From contig JANJGN010000323.1 of the NCBI GenBank assembly GCA_026770705.1, forward strand, positions 1 through 64,000: a DNA stretch of 64,000 bases, read 5' to 3'. The DNA comes from Isurus oxyrinchus (lineage: Eukaryota). Every line of letters begins with the position of its first letter. Position 1 is the first letter of the stretch. Below the pieces are notes generated by a model that saw only the letters and a list, made by a program, of their open reading frames with translations, did no database searches and was not told the DNA's origin. Made by a program: the position numbers and the translations under genes. Positions 62,584 to 64,000 of this stretch are shown here, one piece after another.

Positions 62584-64000
62584 TGGAACAAAGTGAGTGA
62601 ACAGCACTTTGCTGTGCACTGTCAGTAAACCCTGTGTCTGTATAAGAATATAAGAACAGAACAAGTAGGATCAGCTGGACACCCTGACATTTTCACTCCT
62701 TATATTCCATCCACTCATTTTTTTATCCACTCACTGAAACTATTTATCTCCCTCTGCAGCCTCTTTGTGTCCTCCTCACAACTTGCTTTCCTGCCCAGCT
62801 TATATATTTCCTACCTATCTTCACCATATAGTCAGAAAATCTGCCGACAGTACAGTCAGTCCCTTCATCCAAGTCACTAATGTAGATTGTGAATAGTTGA
62901 GGCCTCAGCACTGATCCCTGTGGCTCTCCACTAGTTACAGTTTACCAAGCTGAAAATCACCCATTTATCCTGGCTCTCTGTTTCCTGTCAGTTAGCCAGT
63001 CCTCTATCCATATTAATATATCCCCCCCAACACCATCCAATTTCACCCTGTGCAGTATCCTTTGATGTGGCTCCTTATCGAATGCCTTTTGGAAATCCAA
63101 TGTCACGAAGAGATATTTGTGTGTAAAATGTGCTTGGAAATTATTAATAAAATAGAATTCTAGTGGTGGTCCATGTATAGGTGTGTGTCTGGGTGTGTCT
63201 TAATTGGATTAAAGCCAACTGGTCTGTGTGTTTTGATGTTTAATAGTTTTGAGATGTTAATTGGGTGAATTGTGAGGAGAACAGTAAATTGTTCATTTGC
63301 AATTGTTGAATAAACCATTCCAGACTGGGGGTAAAATCTTGCACCTAGTTAGAAGGAGCCAAAAGATGTGTTTTTTCTTGAACTTACTAATGAAATTGGT
63401 GCTATGAAAGGGGGTTTTATTGTTCGAAGAGGTGGAGTTCAGAAGACCGAGTGATACAATGGAAAATTTACATTCAAAGGGAAAGCTAGCTATATAAAGG
63501 AAGGAGTTTGTGTGTGTGAGGCAGGAGCATTTCAGACCTAACCAGCCTGTAGCCTCCAACCAACTTGCAAAGGAACCTCATTCGGAATTCGTAATGTCAA
63601 ATGTGCTTTGCCTGGTGTTTATATTATGTGAATGGTTCATTGTTGCCTTAGTAGAGATTTACGTGGGGGTGATTAATTGGGGGATTTGTTAAAAAGTTAT
63701 TATAGTAGTTATTTGTAGCCAATGTGTATGTGTTAAATTAATAAATGGTTTATTTAATTTTATATAAAAAACCCTCAATCCTCGGTCGTCTTATTCCTAC
63801 TGAATTCAAAGTCTTCATCTCGAAATTACAAACAGCAAAATTGCGTTACGACAGTTGTTTCAATTTTCCCTCTGGGATTTGAACAACTCAGCCTTTACCC
63901 TTGGCTGTGTCATAGTCCCTAATACACCACATCTACAGGTTCCCCTTTATCCAATCCACTTGTTACATCCTCGAGGAAATCTAATTATTTTTTCAAACAT

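Overview
Repeat-rich vertebrate genomic DNA, probably from a cartilaginous fish (inferred from the CR1/L2, SINE and minisatellite content), with two N-gaps. The genes are spliced, so the ORF track misses most of them; all models here were built by hand from splice sites and exon phases and lack transcript support. (1) A complete 3-exon hepcidin gene on + (14009-18473, 88 aa). Its mature peptide, MDRQQLCRFCCNCCNWRGPNETCGLCCRY, lacks the DTHFP/QSHL N-terminus, has an 8-aa loop and carries an N-glycosylation sequon. (2) A + strand Siglec-type leader and V exon (7962-9115) cut by a Gypsy relic. (3) A tandem cluster of three Siglec-like paralogs on the - strand. Gene B (52263->35309) has the layout leader-V(no Arg)-V(Arg)-C2-C2-neutral TM-three cytoplasmic exons with YxN/ITIM-like motifs, about 588 aa. 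Gene A (30566->26356) has an Arg-bearing TM and short tail (activating type), but its V exon is deleted and its second C2 is broken. Gene C (61993->56809) was turned by a deletion into a predicted secreted single V domain that keeps the essential Arg. Together they look like an inhibitory/activating/soluble Siglec set next to hepcidin, recalling the human HAMP-MAG-CD22 linkage. The rest is CR1/L2 fragments, two decayed Gypsy elements, a solo LTR, minisatellites and a ~4.5-kb segmental duplication.
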